The notes below the pieces were generated by a model. It saw only the letters and a list, made by a program, of their open reading frames with translations. It did no database searches and was not told the origin of the DNA. The position numbers were made by a program, and so were the translations under genes. From Macrostomum hystrix (taxonomy: Eukaryota; Animalia; Platyhelminthes): a DNA stretch of 64,000 nucleotides. Numbering within the stretch: position 1 is the first letter of the stretch; each line of letters opens with the position of its first letter. The DNA is taken from assembly GCA_950097015.1 (NCBI GenBank), contig CATNEN010000024.1:2604001-2668000 (forward strand), in the 5' to 3' direction. Positions 40,596 through 53,385 of the stretch are shown piece after piece.

Positions 40596-40860
40596 CTCAA
40601 TTAAGGAATCGTCTCAATTAAGGAATCGTCTCAATTAAGGAATCGTCTCAATTAAGGAATCGTCTCAATTAAGGAATCGTCTCAATTAAGGAATCGTCTC
40701 AATTAAGGAATCGTCTCAATTAAGGAATCGTCTCAATTAAGGAATCGTCTCAATTAAGGAATCGTCTCAATTAAGGAATCGTCTCAATTAAGGAATCGTC
40801 TCAATTAAGGAATCGTCTCAATTAAGGAATCGTCTCAATTAAGGAATCGTCTCAATTAAG
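40596..40860. repeat. 17-bp perfect array (AAGGAATCGTCTCAATT), about 15 units
   Basis: Read directly; lies in hth intron 11, with one detached unit at 40565. Confidence 0.97.
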
Positions 40861-40963
40861 ATTTAGAATGATCTAGAATCGTCACGCTACTGTACAGTTA
40901 AATTGTCCAGCATGAATTGAGCATTCTGAATTTAGAAAAAAGGTGCCTTAATCCGCTATTTAG

Positions 40964-41202
40964 GATTCCCAGCTCCAGCAGCGGCGGTGCCATATCCTGG
41001 CTATCACCCCGGTGTCGCATCCTACCCAGTGAGCAGTCAAGACATGCTGATGCCGGGTCATTCGCACCAGATGATGATGTCGGCAGCTCATGCCGCCTCA
41101 GCAGCTCACTACATGTACGGAGCTAGCATCGGGCAGCACATTGCTCACCATACGCCCGGCGCCGACAACATGAGTGCGGTCAGTCCAGACCTACTCTCGT
41201 GA
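40964..41202 (+). CDS. hth: homothorax/Meis exon 12, terminal (FPAPAAAVPYPGYH...SPDLLS*)
   Basis: TTTAG acceptor, phase 1. The summed CDS is 1800 nt with an uninterrupted frame. M/H/Y-rich tail as in Meis proteins. Confidence 0.82.
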
Positions 41203-42014
41203 CCAATCGATTCTAAAGCTAGTTTTTTTTAATGTCTCTTGAAGTGTCATCTCTTTCACGGAATGTCGTCTGATTATGACCCATCCTATGTATGCTTGGT
41301 AATGTTTAATATTAAATTAGTAAAATGCAAATACCATTTAATTTGTTATCCACTTTAAGCGAGTCTAATTGATTTCCTATTTTAATGATCATAGTTTGAT
41401 TTCTTGGCCCACTATTTGACTGACAGGGTCAGTGAGAATCAGGTTTTTAGCTGACGACATAAACTTGATTGTTACATTGTACTCGTATAATGAACTAATA
41501 GAGCTTATTATCTGCTATTGTGTTTTCCAATGAATTGTCAGATCGAGTCTTACTATTAAAGTACGGCACACAATGTCCCATTGTACAGAACTACAGAAAC
41601 TGTTGGCCCAACAATATTGCTTACAATTTACCAAAACTTTTTTTCTCGTCTGTCAATTAGTGTTTCTGGTTTCTTAGTCGCTTTTTTGTTTAATTACTTT
41701 GTTTGTTTGCTTTCGTTTAAACCGGCTCGGCAGTTGGTTTAAACAAAAAAATCACAAAACACAGTCAAAATTTCGCACCCCAAAACAGAGATTTCCGCTT
41801 GTCAATGTTGTCTAGTTTCTGACCCCCTTAAAGAAAACTGGACTCAAAACTGTCAAATTGCTTCCTTTCATCTGTGAATGCCCGCACATGCACATGAAAA
41901 TGAAAATAGTGTACCATTTTAAGTAGGCGGGTTTCAGGACCGTTATTTCCAAAGAGTTATACAATTATTATTGCTTATTAAATTACTAGTAACTGTATTG
42001 GCATAAATTATATT

Positions 42015-42020
42015 AATAAA
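42015..42020 (+). terminator. Candidate poly(A) signal of hth
   Basis: AATAAA about 810 nt after the stop and just before the 32-bp array. ATTAAA variants also occur upstream. Confidence 0.4.
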
Positions 42021-42212
42021 CTGTCGTGTTTATCGTTGCGCAACACTCACATGAGAGGCACAATGTTCATTTTAGCGATACGTGTTTAGCGTTCAGAAAA
42101 AAACATGCAAATATTTACCTGGACTGTCAAGCCTAAATTCTTTGTTTGATTGCATTACCTATAGATTTAATAGCATTGTCTCAACACTGCAGGGCCGAAG
42201 GGACCAATTACC

Positions 42213-44350
42213 TCTAGACTTCAGGATGGTGGGGATATGTGTTGTCGAGACTTCAGGATGGTGGGGATATGTGTTGTCAAGACTTCAGGATGGTGGGGAT
42301 AAGTGTCTTTTAGACTTCAGGATGGTGGGGATAAGTGTCTTCTAGACTTCAGGATGGTGGGGATAAGTGTCTTCTAGACTTCAGGATGGTGGGGATATGT
42401 GTTGTCGAGACTTCAGGATGGTGGGGATAAGTGTCTTCTAGACTTCAGGATGATGGGGATAAGTGTCTTCTAGACTTCCGGATGGTGGGGATAAGTGTCT
42501 TCTAGACTTCAGGATGATGGGGATAAGTGTCTTCGAGACTTCAGGATGATGGGGATAAGTGTATTCTAGACTTCAGGATGATGGGGATAAGTGTCTTCTA
42601 GACTTCAGGATGGTGGGGATAAGTGTCTTCTAGACTTTAGGATGGTGGGGATAAGTGTTGTCGAGACTTCAGGATGGTGGGGATAAGTGTCTTCTAGACT
42701 TCAGGATGGTGGGGATAAGTGTCTTCTAGACTTCAGGATGGTGGGGATAAGTGTCTTCTAGACTTCAGGATGGTGGGGATAAGTGTCTTCTAGACTTCAG
42801 GATGGTGGGGATAACTGTCTTCTAGACTTTAGGATGGTGGGGATAAGTGTCTTTTAGACTTCAGGATGGTGGGGATATGTGTTGTCGAGACTTCAGGATG
42901 GTGGGGATAAGTGTCTTCTAGACTTCAGGATGGTGGGGATAAGTGTCTTCTAGACTTCAGGATGGTGGGGATAAGTGTCTTCTAGACTTCAGGATGGTGG
43001 GGATAAGTGTCTTCTAGACTTCAGGATGGTGGGGATAAGTGTCTTCTAGACTTCAGGATGGTGGGGATAAGTGTCTTCTAGACTTCAGGATGGTGGGGAT
43101 AAGTGTCTTCTAGACTTCAGGATGGTGGGGATAACTGTCTTCTAGACTTCAGGATGATGGGGATAAGTGTCTTCTAGACTTCAGGATGGTGGGGATAAGT
43201 GTCTTCTAGACTTCAGGATGATGGGGATAAGTGTCTTCTAGACTTCAGGATGGTGGGGATAAGTGTCTTCTAGACTTCAGGATAGTGGGGATAAGTGTCT
43301 TCGAGACTTCAGGATGATGGGGATAAGTGTCTTCTAGACTTCAGGATGGTGGGGATAAGTGTCTTCTAGACTTCAGGATGGTGGGGATAAGTGTTGTCGA
43401 GACTTCAGGATGGTGGGGATAAGTGTTGTCGAGACTTCAGGATGGTGGGGATAAGTGTCTTCTAGACTTCAGGATGGTGGGGATAAGTGTCTTCTAGACT
43501 TCAGGATGGTGGGGATAAGTGTCTTCTAGACTTCAGGATGGTGGGGATAAGTGTCTTCTAGACTTCAGGATGGTGGGGATAACTGTCTTCTAGACTTTAG
43601 GATGGTGGGGATAAGTGTCTTTTAGACTTCAGGATGGTGGGGATATGTGTTGTCGAGACTTCAGGATGGTGGGGATAAGTGTCTTCTAGACTTCAGGATG
43701 GTGGGGATAAGTGTCTTCTAGACTTCAGGATGGTGGGGATAAGTGTCTTCTAGACTTCAGGATGGTGGGGATAAGTGTCTTCTAGACTTCAGGATGGTGG
43801 GGATAAGTGTCTTCTAGACTTCAGGATGGTGGGGATAAGTGTCTTCTAGACTTCAGGATGGTGGGGATAAGTGTCTTCTAGACTTCAGGATGGTGGGGAT
43901 AACTGTCTTCTAGACTTCAGGATGATGGGGATAAGTGTCTTCTAGACTTCAGGATGGTGGGGATAAGTGTCTTCTAGACTTCAGGATGATGGGGATAAGT
44001 GTCTTCTAGACTTCAGGATGGTGGGGATAAGTGTCTTCTAGACTTCAGGATAGTGGGGATAAGTGTCTTCGAGACTTCAGGATGATGGGGATAAGTGTCT
44101 TCTAGACTTCAGGATGGTGGGGATAAGTGTCTTCTAGACTTCAGGATGGTGGGGATAAGTGTTGTCGAGACTTCAGGATGGTGTGGATAAGTGTTGCCGA
44201 GACTTCAGGATGGTGGGGATATGTGTCTTCTAGACTTCAGGATAGTGTATTTGATGGGGATATGTGTCTTCTAGACTTCAGGATAGTGTATTTGATGGGG
44301 ATATGTGTCTTCTAGACTTCAGGATAGTGTATTTGATGGGGATATGTGTC
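42213..44350. repeat. 32-bp array (GACTTCAGGATGGTGGGGATAAGTGTCTTCTA), about 66 units
   Basis: Read directly. Contains a 768-bp block duplication and longer variant units at the right end. Confidence 0.97.
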
Positions 44351-45069
44351 GATAGGATTTATCATTCAAAAAGGCAAATTTTAATATAAGCACGTCAGAC
44401 AATGCCTAGTCGTGTGCGTGATCATCAACTCATGCTTAAGACAAAAGACGCTTCTGCTTAACCCCTTCCCAATGCGAAAATCCCAATGCCTTGACATAAT
44501 CAGCCAAGTGCCTACTCAAATATCTATCGAAACCCAATAACGGACTCCTCATTCACTTCCCCGAAGCATTTATCCCAGCCCACCCACCGCACAGTGAATA
44601 GTGAGGCAATATAAAACTAACTGAATTGGCTTATAGTGAAAGATTTTATTTTCTAAACAGCTGAGCCCCAGCGTGACTGGTGCAAGTTGTAAAACTGTCA
44701 GGCCTGGCCAGAACTAGCGCGCTTGTCGGCCTGCCTGATTTATGACCATTGCGCTGAAATTGAAGCCGAAATTTTCACTGCTGAGCTGGAGGACGGGGGG
44801 GGGTGGGCTGAGGCGCCAATTTATGGCCTAAAATCATAACGACTTTTTAAATACCGCAACTCTAGACTGAATATCCCGTAGTAGACAGGCCAATTTAGCA
44901 TCAGCTGCACTAGTTATGTACAGCGATAATCTACTGACTGTGATTTAGGGTTGTTGATAAAACGCTAGAAAATATTTAAAAAATCTGATTCGAAAACATA
45001 AAAGAAGGATTGATAAAGTAAGAATCGACGAGAGTGAATCGGCATGTGCGAATCGGAGGGTGATAACTG

Positions 45070-46163
45070 GGGGTGAGAATCGATGGTGGTGAGAATTTAG
45101 GGTGAGAATCGGGGAAGGTGAGAATCGGGAGAGGTGAGAATCGGGGAGTGAGAATCGGGGGAGGTGAGAATCGGGGGTCAGTATCGGGGGAGGTGAGAAT
45201 CGGGGGAGGTGAGAATCGGGGGTCAGTATCGGGGGAGGTGAGAATCGGGAGAGGTGAGAATCGGGGGAGGTGAGAATCGGGAGAGGTGAGAATCGGGAGA
45301 GGTGAGAATCGGGGGAGGTGAGAATCGGGGGAGGTGAGAATCGGGGGTCAGTATCGGGGGGAGGTGAGAATCGGGAGAGGTGAGAATCGGGGAGTGAGAA
45401 TCGGGGAGGGTGAGAATCTGAGATTGAGAATAGGGGAGGTGAGAATCGGGGTAGGTAAAAATCGGGGAGAGGTGAGAATCTGAGATTGAGAATAGGGGGA
45501 GGTGAGAATCGGGGTAGGTAAAAATCGAGGAGAGGTGAGAATCTGAGATTGAGAATAGGGGGAGGTGAGAATCGGGGTAGGTAAAAATCGAGGAGAGGTG
45601 AGAATCTGAGATTGAGAATAGGGGGAGGTGAGAATCGGGGTAGGTAAAAATCGAGGAGAGGTGAGAATCTGAGATTGAGAATAGAGGGAGGTGAGAATCG
45701 GGGTAGGTAAAAATCGAGGAGAGGTGAGAATCTGAGATTGAGAATAGGGGGAGGTGAGAATCGGGGTAGGTAAAAATCGGGGGAGAGGTGTGAATCTGAG
45801 ATTGAGAATAGGGGGAGGGTGAGAATCGTGGAAGGTGAGAATCGGGGAAGGTGAGAATCGGGGAAGGTGAGAATCGGGGAAGGTGAGAATCGGGGAAGGT
45901 GAGAATCGGGGAAGGTGAGAATCGGGGAAGGTGAGAATCGGGGAAGGTGAGAATCGGGGAAGGTGAGAATCTGAGATTGAGAATAGGGGGAGGTGAGAAT
46001 CGGGGTAGGTAAAAATCGGGAAGAGGTGAGAATCAGGGGAGGTGAGAATCGGGGTAGGTAAAAATCGGGAAGAGGTGAGAATCAGGGGAGGTGAGAATCG
46101 GGGAGGGTGAGAATCGGGGAGTGAGAATCGGGGAGTGAGAATCGGGGAGGGTGAGAATCGAGG
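45070..46163. repeat. 15-16-bp G-rich array (GGTGAGAATCGGGGA) with a ~61-bp higher-order segment
   Basis: Read directly. Confidence 0.95.
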
Positions 46164-47059
46164 AACGAGAATAAAGTTAAAATGTAAATTGTTGAACGGA
46201 TTTAATCTGAAATGAACGGAATCGGTGCAATTTCTACATTCCAACTCAAGTGCCATCAGTAACATTTAGTCAAACTTAAGAGAAGCTTTGATCCCAACCG
46301 AATTCAGTTTCAAACAGTTACTCTAAGGGTAAAGGGGCCGGGTGTGGGGCAGGAGACCGCAAGCTGTTGATTCTTTTGAATCTGGCCGCTCCACTTGGTC
46401 TCTCTCTCGCTCTGGCCTGTTGTTGTATTATGTATTTTGTGTTTTTTTATCAGAACAGCTGGTTGGCCGTGACTCCCACATGGCTAGAAAGATATGGATA
46501 TATATCCCAAAAGAGGATTATTTTGGAAAAGGCGGGCGGAGCGCGCGGCCTTGATGGGCCAACTGCTGAATCTAGGCAAACACTCGCATTCATAGTATGC
46601 ATATATATGAAAAATCCACTATATCTTTCAAACTAATGGGGGAGTCCTTTAAAGATATATAGAGTGAGAGGGGGGAGGAGTGGGGGAAGCTAAATTGCAG
46701 ACTGTTTCATCAGTGCGAATCGGCAGTTGATCCCGCTCTGTTGTGTGTATGAAGCATGGCCCGACCGATTGGTATGCTGCTTTGAAATGTCAGTTGTTAA
46801 GAACAAAAATGCTGAGAGAGAGATGCAGAGAGTGCAGTACCAGTCATTTTTGCCGCATCCCAGCCAAATCTGTGCTTTTTTTCTGCTTGATCCGCCGCCG
46901 TCGCAACAGCAACGGCAGCCACTAAAGTGTTCCATGAACAACTTTGAAGTCCCCCCGTCAATCGGCCAATTGAAAGACAAAATCCGATTATTTATGTTCC
47001 AGCAGACACAGCCAGCACTTACGTAGTACAAGACTTTTGGACATCTTCAAAATGATGTC

Positions 47060-48390
47060 CAGGTGGAGCTTCAGAAATGACCAACAACCCTTCAGACAAG
47101 TAGCTTCAGGTGGAGCTTCAGAAACGACCAACAACCATTCAGACATCTAGCTTCAGGTGTAGCTTCAGAAATGACCAACAACCCTTCAGACATCTAGCTT
47201 CAGGTGTAGCTTCAGAAATGACCAACAACCCTTCAGACAAGTAGCTTCAGGTGGAGCTTCAGAAACGACCAACAACCATTCAGACATCTAGCTTCAGGTG
47301 TAGCTTCAGAAATGACCAACAACCCTTCAGACATCTAGCTTCAGGTGGAGCTTCAGAAATGACCAACAACTCCTCAGACATGTAGCTTCAGGCGGAGCTT
47401 CAGAAATGACCAACAACCCTTCAGACATGTAGCTTCAGGTGGAGCTTCAGAAATGACCAACAACTCCTCAGAAATGTAGCTTCAGGCGGAACTTCAGAAA
47501 TGACCAACAACCATTCAGACATCTAGCTTCAGGCGGAACTTCAGAAATGACCAACAACCCTTCAGACAAGTAGCTTCAGGTGGAGCTTCAGAAATGACCA
47601 ACAACTCCTCAGAAATGTAGCTTCAGGCGGAACTTCAGAAATGACCAACAACCCTTCAGACATGTAGCTTCAGGCGGAACTTCAGAAATGACCAACAACT
47701 CCTCAGAAATGTAGCTTCAGGCGGAACTTCAGAAATGACCAACAACCCTTCAGACATGTAGCTTCAGGCGGAACTTCAGAAATGACCAACAACCCTTCAG
47801 ACAAGTAGCTTCAGGTGTAGCTTCAGAAATGACCAACAACCCTTCAGACAAGTAGCTTCAGGCGGAACTTCAGAAATGACCAACAACCATTCAGACATCT
47901 AGCTTCAGGTGGAGCTTCAGAAATGACCAACAACTCCTCAGAAATGTAGCTTCAGGCGGAACTTCAGAAATGACCAACAACCCTTCAGACATGTAGCTTC
48001 AGGCGGAACTTCAGAAATGACCAACAACTCCTCAGAAATGTAGCTTCAGGCGGAACTTCAGAAATGACCAACAACCATTCAGACATCTAGCTTCAGGTGG
48101 AGCTTCAGAAATGACCAACAACTCCTCAGAAATGTAGCTTCAGGCGGAACTTCAGAAATGACCAACAACCCTTCAGACAAGTAGCTTCAGGTGTAGCTTC
48201 AGAAATGACCAACAACCCTTCAGACATCTAGCTTCAGGCGGAACTTCAGAAATGACCAACAACCCTTCAGACATCTAGCTTCAGGTGGAGCTTCAGAAAT
48301 GACCAACAACTCCTCAGAAATGTAGCTTAAGGCGGAACTTCAGAAATGACCAACAACCCTTCAGACATGTAGCTTCAGGTGGAGCTTCAG
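47060..48390. repeat. 47-bp array (TAGCTTCAGGTGGAGCTTCAGAAATGACCAACAACCCTTCAGACATG), about 28 units
   Basis: Read directly; no unique spacers. Confidence 0.96.
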
Positions 48391-48989
48391 AGCATCAGTC
48401 CTAAAGATGATTTTTTACGTGAAATAATATAATAGGTGCAATAACTTTTATCCCAAAATAATCAGAAGCAACTTTGTGCCAAAAACAAGCCAGCACAGAT
48501 AGGCAGTGGGAAAGATGGGTTCTCATTCCTTCAACCGAAACGTTGGCTTCAGGCCCAGCTGCTGTGCAGTATATTTGCATGTAAATTAAAAACTGGCTGT
48601 CATGCGCAGAAAAAGCGACAGGGCGACTCACTCGCTGCTTTGGACAGCGCCGCGGAGACGCTACGAGTAATCTGAAATCACTCGACCGAGAGCGGAGCAT
48701 TATTAGGGCGGAGAAACAACTCATGCCAACTCATTCTTTCTTGAACGGAACCAAACTTTCAAAAAGATTTGATAGCGAAGAATTAATGTTTTCTTGTTTT
48801 GTGTTTCTCAAATGAAATCGGGTAATTTTACAATAGCGTGAAACTTACATTCCATATTTGAAGAACCACACCATCCTTACTTTAATTGCTTCTATACTGA
48901 TTTCTCCTTTTTCTCTTCGTCCGTATATCCCCCGCGTGTCCTCACCCCTTAACTCTCCACTCTACCATCATCTCCCTTTATCTCTCCTT

Positions 48990-49738
48990 CCCCTCATGTT
49001 TCCTCTCCCCCTCATGTTTCCTCTCCCCCTCCTATTTCCTCTCCCCTCATATTTCCTCTCCCCTCATATTTCCTCTCTCCCTCATATTTCTTCTCTCCCT
49101 CATGTTTCCTCTCCCCTCATGTTTCCTCTCCCTCTCCTATTTCCTCTCCCCTCCTATTTCCTCTCCCCTCATATTTCCTCTCTCGCTCATATTTCCTCTA
49201 CCACTCCTATTTCCTCTCCCTCCTATTTCCTCTCCCCTCCTATTTCCTCTCCCCTCCTATTTCCTCTCGCCTCATATTTCCTCTCGCCTCATATTTCCTC
49301 TCTCCTCATATTTATTCTCTCCCTCATGTTTCCTCTCCCTCTCCTATTTCCTCTCCCCTCCTATTTCCTCTCCCCTCATATTTCCTCTCTCCCTCATATT
49401 TCCTCTCTCCCTCATATTTCTTCTCTCCCTCATGTTTCCTCTCCCCTCATGTTTCCTCTCCCTCTCCTATTTCCTCTCCCCTCCTATTTCCTCTACCCCT
49501 CCTATTTCCTCTCCACTCCTATTTCCTCTACCCCTCCTATTTCCTCTACCCCTCCGATTTCCTCTCCCCTCCTATTTCCTCTACCCCACCTATTTCCTCT
49601 CCCCTCATGTTTCCTGTCCCCCTCATGTTTCCTCTACACCTCATGTTTCCTCTACCCTCATATTTCCTCCCCCCTGATATTTCCATTACCCCTCATGTTT
49701 CCTCTCCCACTCATGTTTCCTCTCCCACTCCTCTCCAC
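48990..49738. repeat. 17-18-bp pyrimidine-rich array (CCTCTCCCCTCATATTT)
   Basis: Read directly; degenerate. Confidence 0.92.
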
Positions 49739-50182
49739 TAGGAAAAAAGTCGGATGTGTTTTCCCTACTCATCGCCAATAAGACCAAGTCATAAGAAAGG
49801 TGCAGTTGACTCAATCTGAGTCAGTCTTACGCAGTCTTCCAAATACACTGCCAGTTAGAATCGGCAACAAACACTAGCAAACAGGGCAGAGATCTTGACT
49901 TGAGATAGTTTATCAGGCATTGTAGAAACTGCCCCGTTCTCCCATGCATAGCAAAGTTTATTGCCATACTTCCTAGAATCGGATCCCATAGATATCAGTT
50001 AGAATGAAGGGATGGCAAGTCAAATAACGAGAAAGATAAAAAACTGTCTTTATCTGTCTCCTCGTGTAAACTTTGGATTCGAATATAGCGCACGTGGCAC
50101 TTCTCAGATCATACTCATTGAGTAGCTGTGAGCATACGGATCATGCACGCCGAATATATTACATCTTTTGTATCTAAAATTG

Positions 50183-50780
50183 TAAGAAATGAGAATCCTG
50201 TGAGAAATGAGAATCTTGTGAGAAATAATAATCTTGTGAGAAATGAGAATCTTGTGAGAAATTAAAATCCTGTGAGAAATGAGAATCCTGTGAGAAATGA
50301 GAATCCTGTGAGAAATGAGAATCTTGTGAGAAATTAGAATATTGTGAGAAATGAGAATCTTGTGAGAAATGAGAATCTTGTGAGAAATGAGAATCTTGTG
50401 AGAAATGAGAATCTTGTGAGAAATGAGAATCTTGTGAGAAATGAGAATCTTGTGAGAAATTAGAATCTTGTGAGAAATGAGAATCTTGTGAGAAATGAGA
50501 ATCTTGTGAGAAATGAGAATATTGTGAGAAATGAGAATATTGTGAGAAATGAGAATATTGTGAGAAATGAGAATATTGTGAGAAATGAGAATATTGTGAG
50601 AAATGAGAATATTGTGAGAAACGAGAATTTTTTTAGAAATGAGAATATTGTGAGAAATGAGAATCCTGTGAGAAATAATAATCTTGTGAGAAGTGAAAAT
50701 CGAGAGGAAATGAGAATCCTGTGAGAAATGGGAATCGAGGGGAAATGAGAATCGTGGGAAACGAGAATCGGGAAACGAGA
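50183..50780. repeat. 18-bp array (GTGAGAAATGAGAATCTT)
   Basis: Read directly. The right flank is homologous to the right flank of the 45 kb array. Confidence 0.95.
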
Positions 50781-51640
50781 AGAAAAGCAAATGAACATTG
50801 TTAAGCGGATTTTAACTGACATCAGCGGAAGCTAAAGAAATTATAAGATCCGAAACGCGGAGCAAAAAGTCGACTGAGTTTCTAACAGTTATCGTCCCAA
50901 ATTATAAAACCGTCAAATCGGAATCTTCCCAAATAGCAAAACTTCGCGACGTGGAATCTGCCAAAAATGACAAAGAACCCAAACTGAAATCGTTATTATT
51001 ACGAAGTTATTTCGAGGCCCACTCACAGAATAATATTATTCCCATGAGGGATAAGCAAATTTTAAAGCAGTTTTTTGTCTTTCGAAAAACCTGAGGATTT
51101 TATTCTGTTGGGATTTTCATGCATGTATACGATAGATGTGGACCCCGCTAGAGGTTCGCACAGTCTCAATAGGAAATGTCTCAATTAATCACATGTGATT
51201 TTGTTTAGGCCTTTCAGTCTCACTCAGGTCAAGGATTAGTGTCAGAATATTTGACAGACAAAGCTAAAGACAAGAGAGAAAGGCAGTCGGATTTAAAATC
51301 TAGTAGCGGTTGTGATTTTGATTTTAGAATTAATAAATATTATTTTAAATGTTTATATTTTCTCTTAGTGAGCTACTGTTAGTAGCTAAAACTGTATAAA
51401 AACACATAGCACATACATTTAGTTAAAAAATCTAAAAACATTAATTTTCAAAGAAAGACACAATAACAAAGTTGATTTGATTCCTAATGGAGCGCAAATT
51501 TCTGACTAGAAATACAGTCCGCGTTTGTTTGAGACCATTTTTATACAAAAATAAGTCAGCAAACTCATTTTCAATTGAACGCTCAAGCTTATAATGGATA
51601 AAAAGAAAGGCAGTATAACAATAAAGCAATAGAGTGGATA

Positions 51641-52667
51641 GAGTGACTGAATCAGGGCTGAGGGAGTGACTGAATCAGAGCTGAGGGAGTGACTGAATCA
51701 GGGCTGAGGGAGTGACTGAATCAGGGCTGAGGGAGTGACTGAATCAGGGCTGAGGGAGTGACTGAATCAGGGCTGAGGGAGTGACTGAATCAGGGCTGAG
51801 GGAGTGACTGAATCAGGGCTGAGGGAGTGACTGAATCAGAGCTGAGGGAGTGACTGAATCAGAGCTGAGGGAGTGACTGAATCAGGGCTGATGGAGTGAC
51901 TGAATCAGAGCTGAGGGAGTGACTGAATCATGGCTGAGGGAGTGACTGAATCAGGGCTGAGGGAGTGACTGAATCAGGGCTGAGGGAGTGACTGAATCAG
52001 GGCTGAGGGAGTGACTGAATCAGGGCTGAGGGAGTGACTGAATCAGGGCTGAGGGAGTGACTGAATCAGGGCTGAGGGAGTGACTGAATCAGGGCTGAGG
52101 GAGTGACTGAATCAGGGCTGAGGGAGTGACTGAATCAGAGCTGAGGGAGTGACTGAATCAGGGCTGAGGGAGTGACTGAATCAGGGCTGAGGGAGTGACT
52201 GAATCAGGGCTGAGGGAGTGACTGAATCAGAGCTGAGGGAGTGACTGAATCAGAGCTGAGGGAGTGACTGAATCAGGGCTGATGGAGTGACTGAATCAGA
52301 GCTGAGGGAGTGACTGAATCATGGCTGAGGGAGTGACTGAATCAGGGCTGAGGGAGTGACTGAATCAGGGCTGAGGGAGTGACTGAATCAGGGCTGAGGG
52401 AGTGACTGAATCAGGGCTGAGGGAGTGACTGAATCAGGGCTGAGGGAGTGACTGAATCAGGGCTGAGGGAGTGACTGAATCAGGGCTGAGGGAGTGACTG
52501 AATCAGGGCTGAGGGAGTGACTGAATCAGAGCTGAGGGAGTGACTGAATCAGGGCTGAGGGAGTGACTGAATCAGGGCTGAGGGAGTGACTGAATCAGGG
52601 CTGAGGGAGTGACTGAATCAGAGCTGAGGGAGTGACTGAATCAGAGCTGAGGGAGTGACTGAATCAG
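51641..52667. repeat. 23-bp array (GAGTGACTGAATCAGGGCTGAGG), about 44 units
   Basis: Read directly; contains a 391-bp (17-unit) block duplication. Confidence 0.97.
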
Positions 52668-53041
52668 GTCTTCTGCAGTCAATCTAAATGATCCATTATG
52701 ACGGAGCGATATAGCAAAAGTACATAGTTTTATTTTCTTTTAAAACGGATTTTGCAATAAAAGTTTTAAGTAGTGAAAAAGTGCTTTAAAAAGAAACATG
52801 CATTAGAAAAAAACAGTACTATAAAAATCGATGTTGTTTGTTTAAAATGGCGAGCTAGGCCAATGAAAACGGCGCCCTAGGTTGTTCTAGCAGCGCTTAA
52901 ATGTAGCAGCCACTATAAAGGTCGTCTAAATAGTTAGAGACGCGACTTTGATTGGTTAACCAAACAAAATTTTCATTGGTTAGCGGAAGACGCATAAAGG
53001 TCATTGCTCTCTAACTGTTTAATTATCAGTCATCGAGTTGA

Positions 53042-53299
53042 TCAACTCCTCGACGACTCCACCTGTTCCAGCACGTGCTCGTTGAGCTCAGCCAGCTGGC
53101 CGGAGGCTGCAGCCGACGCAGCCGCCGCTTCACGCAGCTCAACAAGGCTGTGATAGACTATCTCGGTGTCATCGTCGCCTTCTGCATTGTTTGGATCTAA
53201 TTTATTGGTGCAACGAAGAACGGACCGACCGTACGGTAGGAGGCGAGGACACCGGTCGATCAGGTGGTGTACCACCTCCGGTGGCAGGGGGCAGTGCAC
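53042..53299 (-). CDS. FBXL8: FBXL8-like exon 4, terminal (VHCPLPPEVVHHLIDRCPRL...SSRS*)
   Basis: CCTCAG acceptor, phase 0. VHC...CPRL matches the FBXL8 C-terminus as I recall it. Confidence 0.78.
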   Translation of the reverse strand: MHCPLPPEVVHHLIDRCPRLLPYGRSVLRCTNKLDPNNAEGDDDTEIVYHSLVELREAAAASAAASGQLAELNEHVLEQVESSRS

Positions 53300-53385
53300 C
53301 TGAGGATATTTACGGAAAAATTCAGTGTCATGAAGACTTGCAACCCATCCCGACAAGCTTCAAACTTAAGGATCTAAGACCCGAC

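Noticed and set aside
42213-48390. CRISPR-like appearance of the 32-bp and 47-bp arrays
   Set aside because: Units are head-to-tail with no unique spacers, there are no cas genes, and the context is intron-containing eukaryotic DNA.
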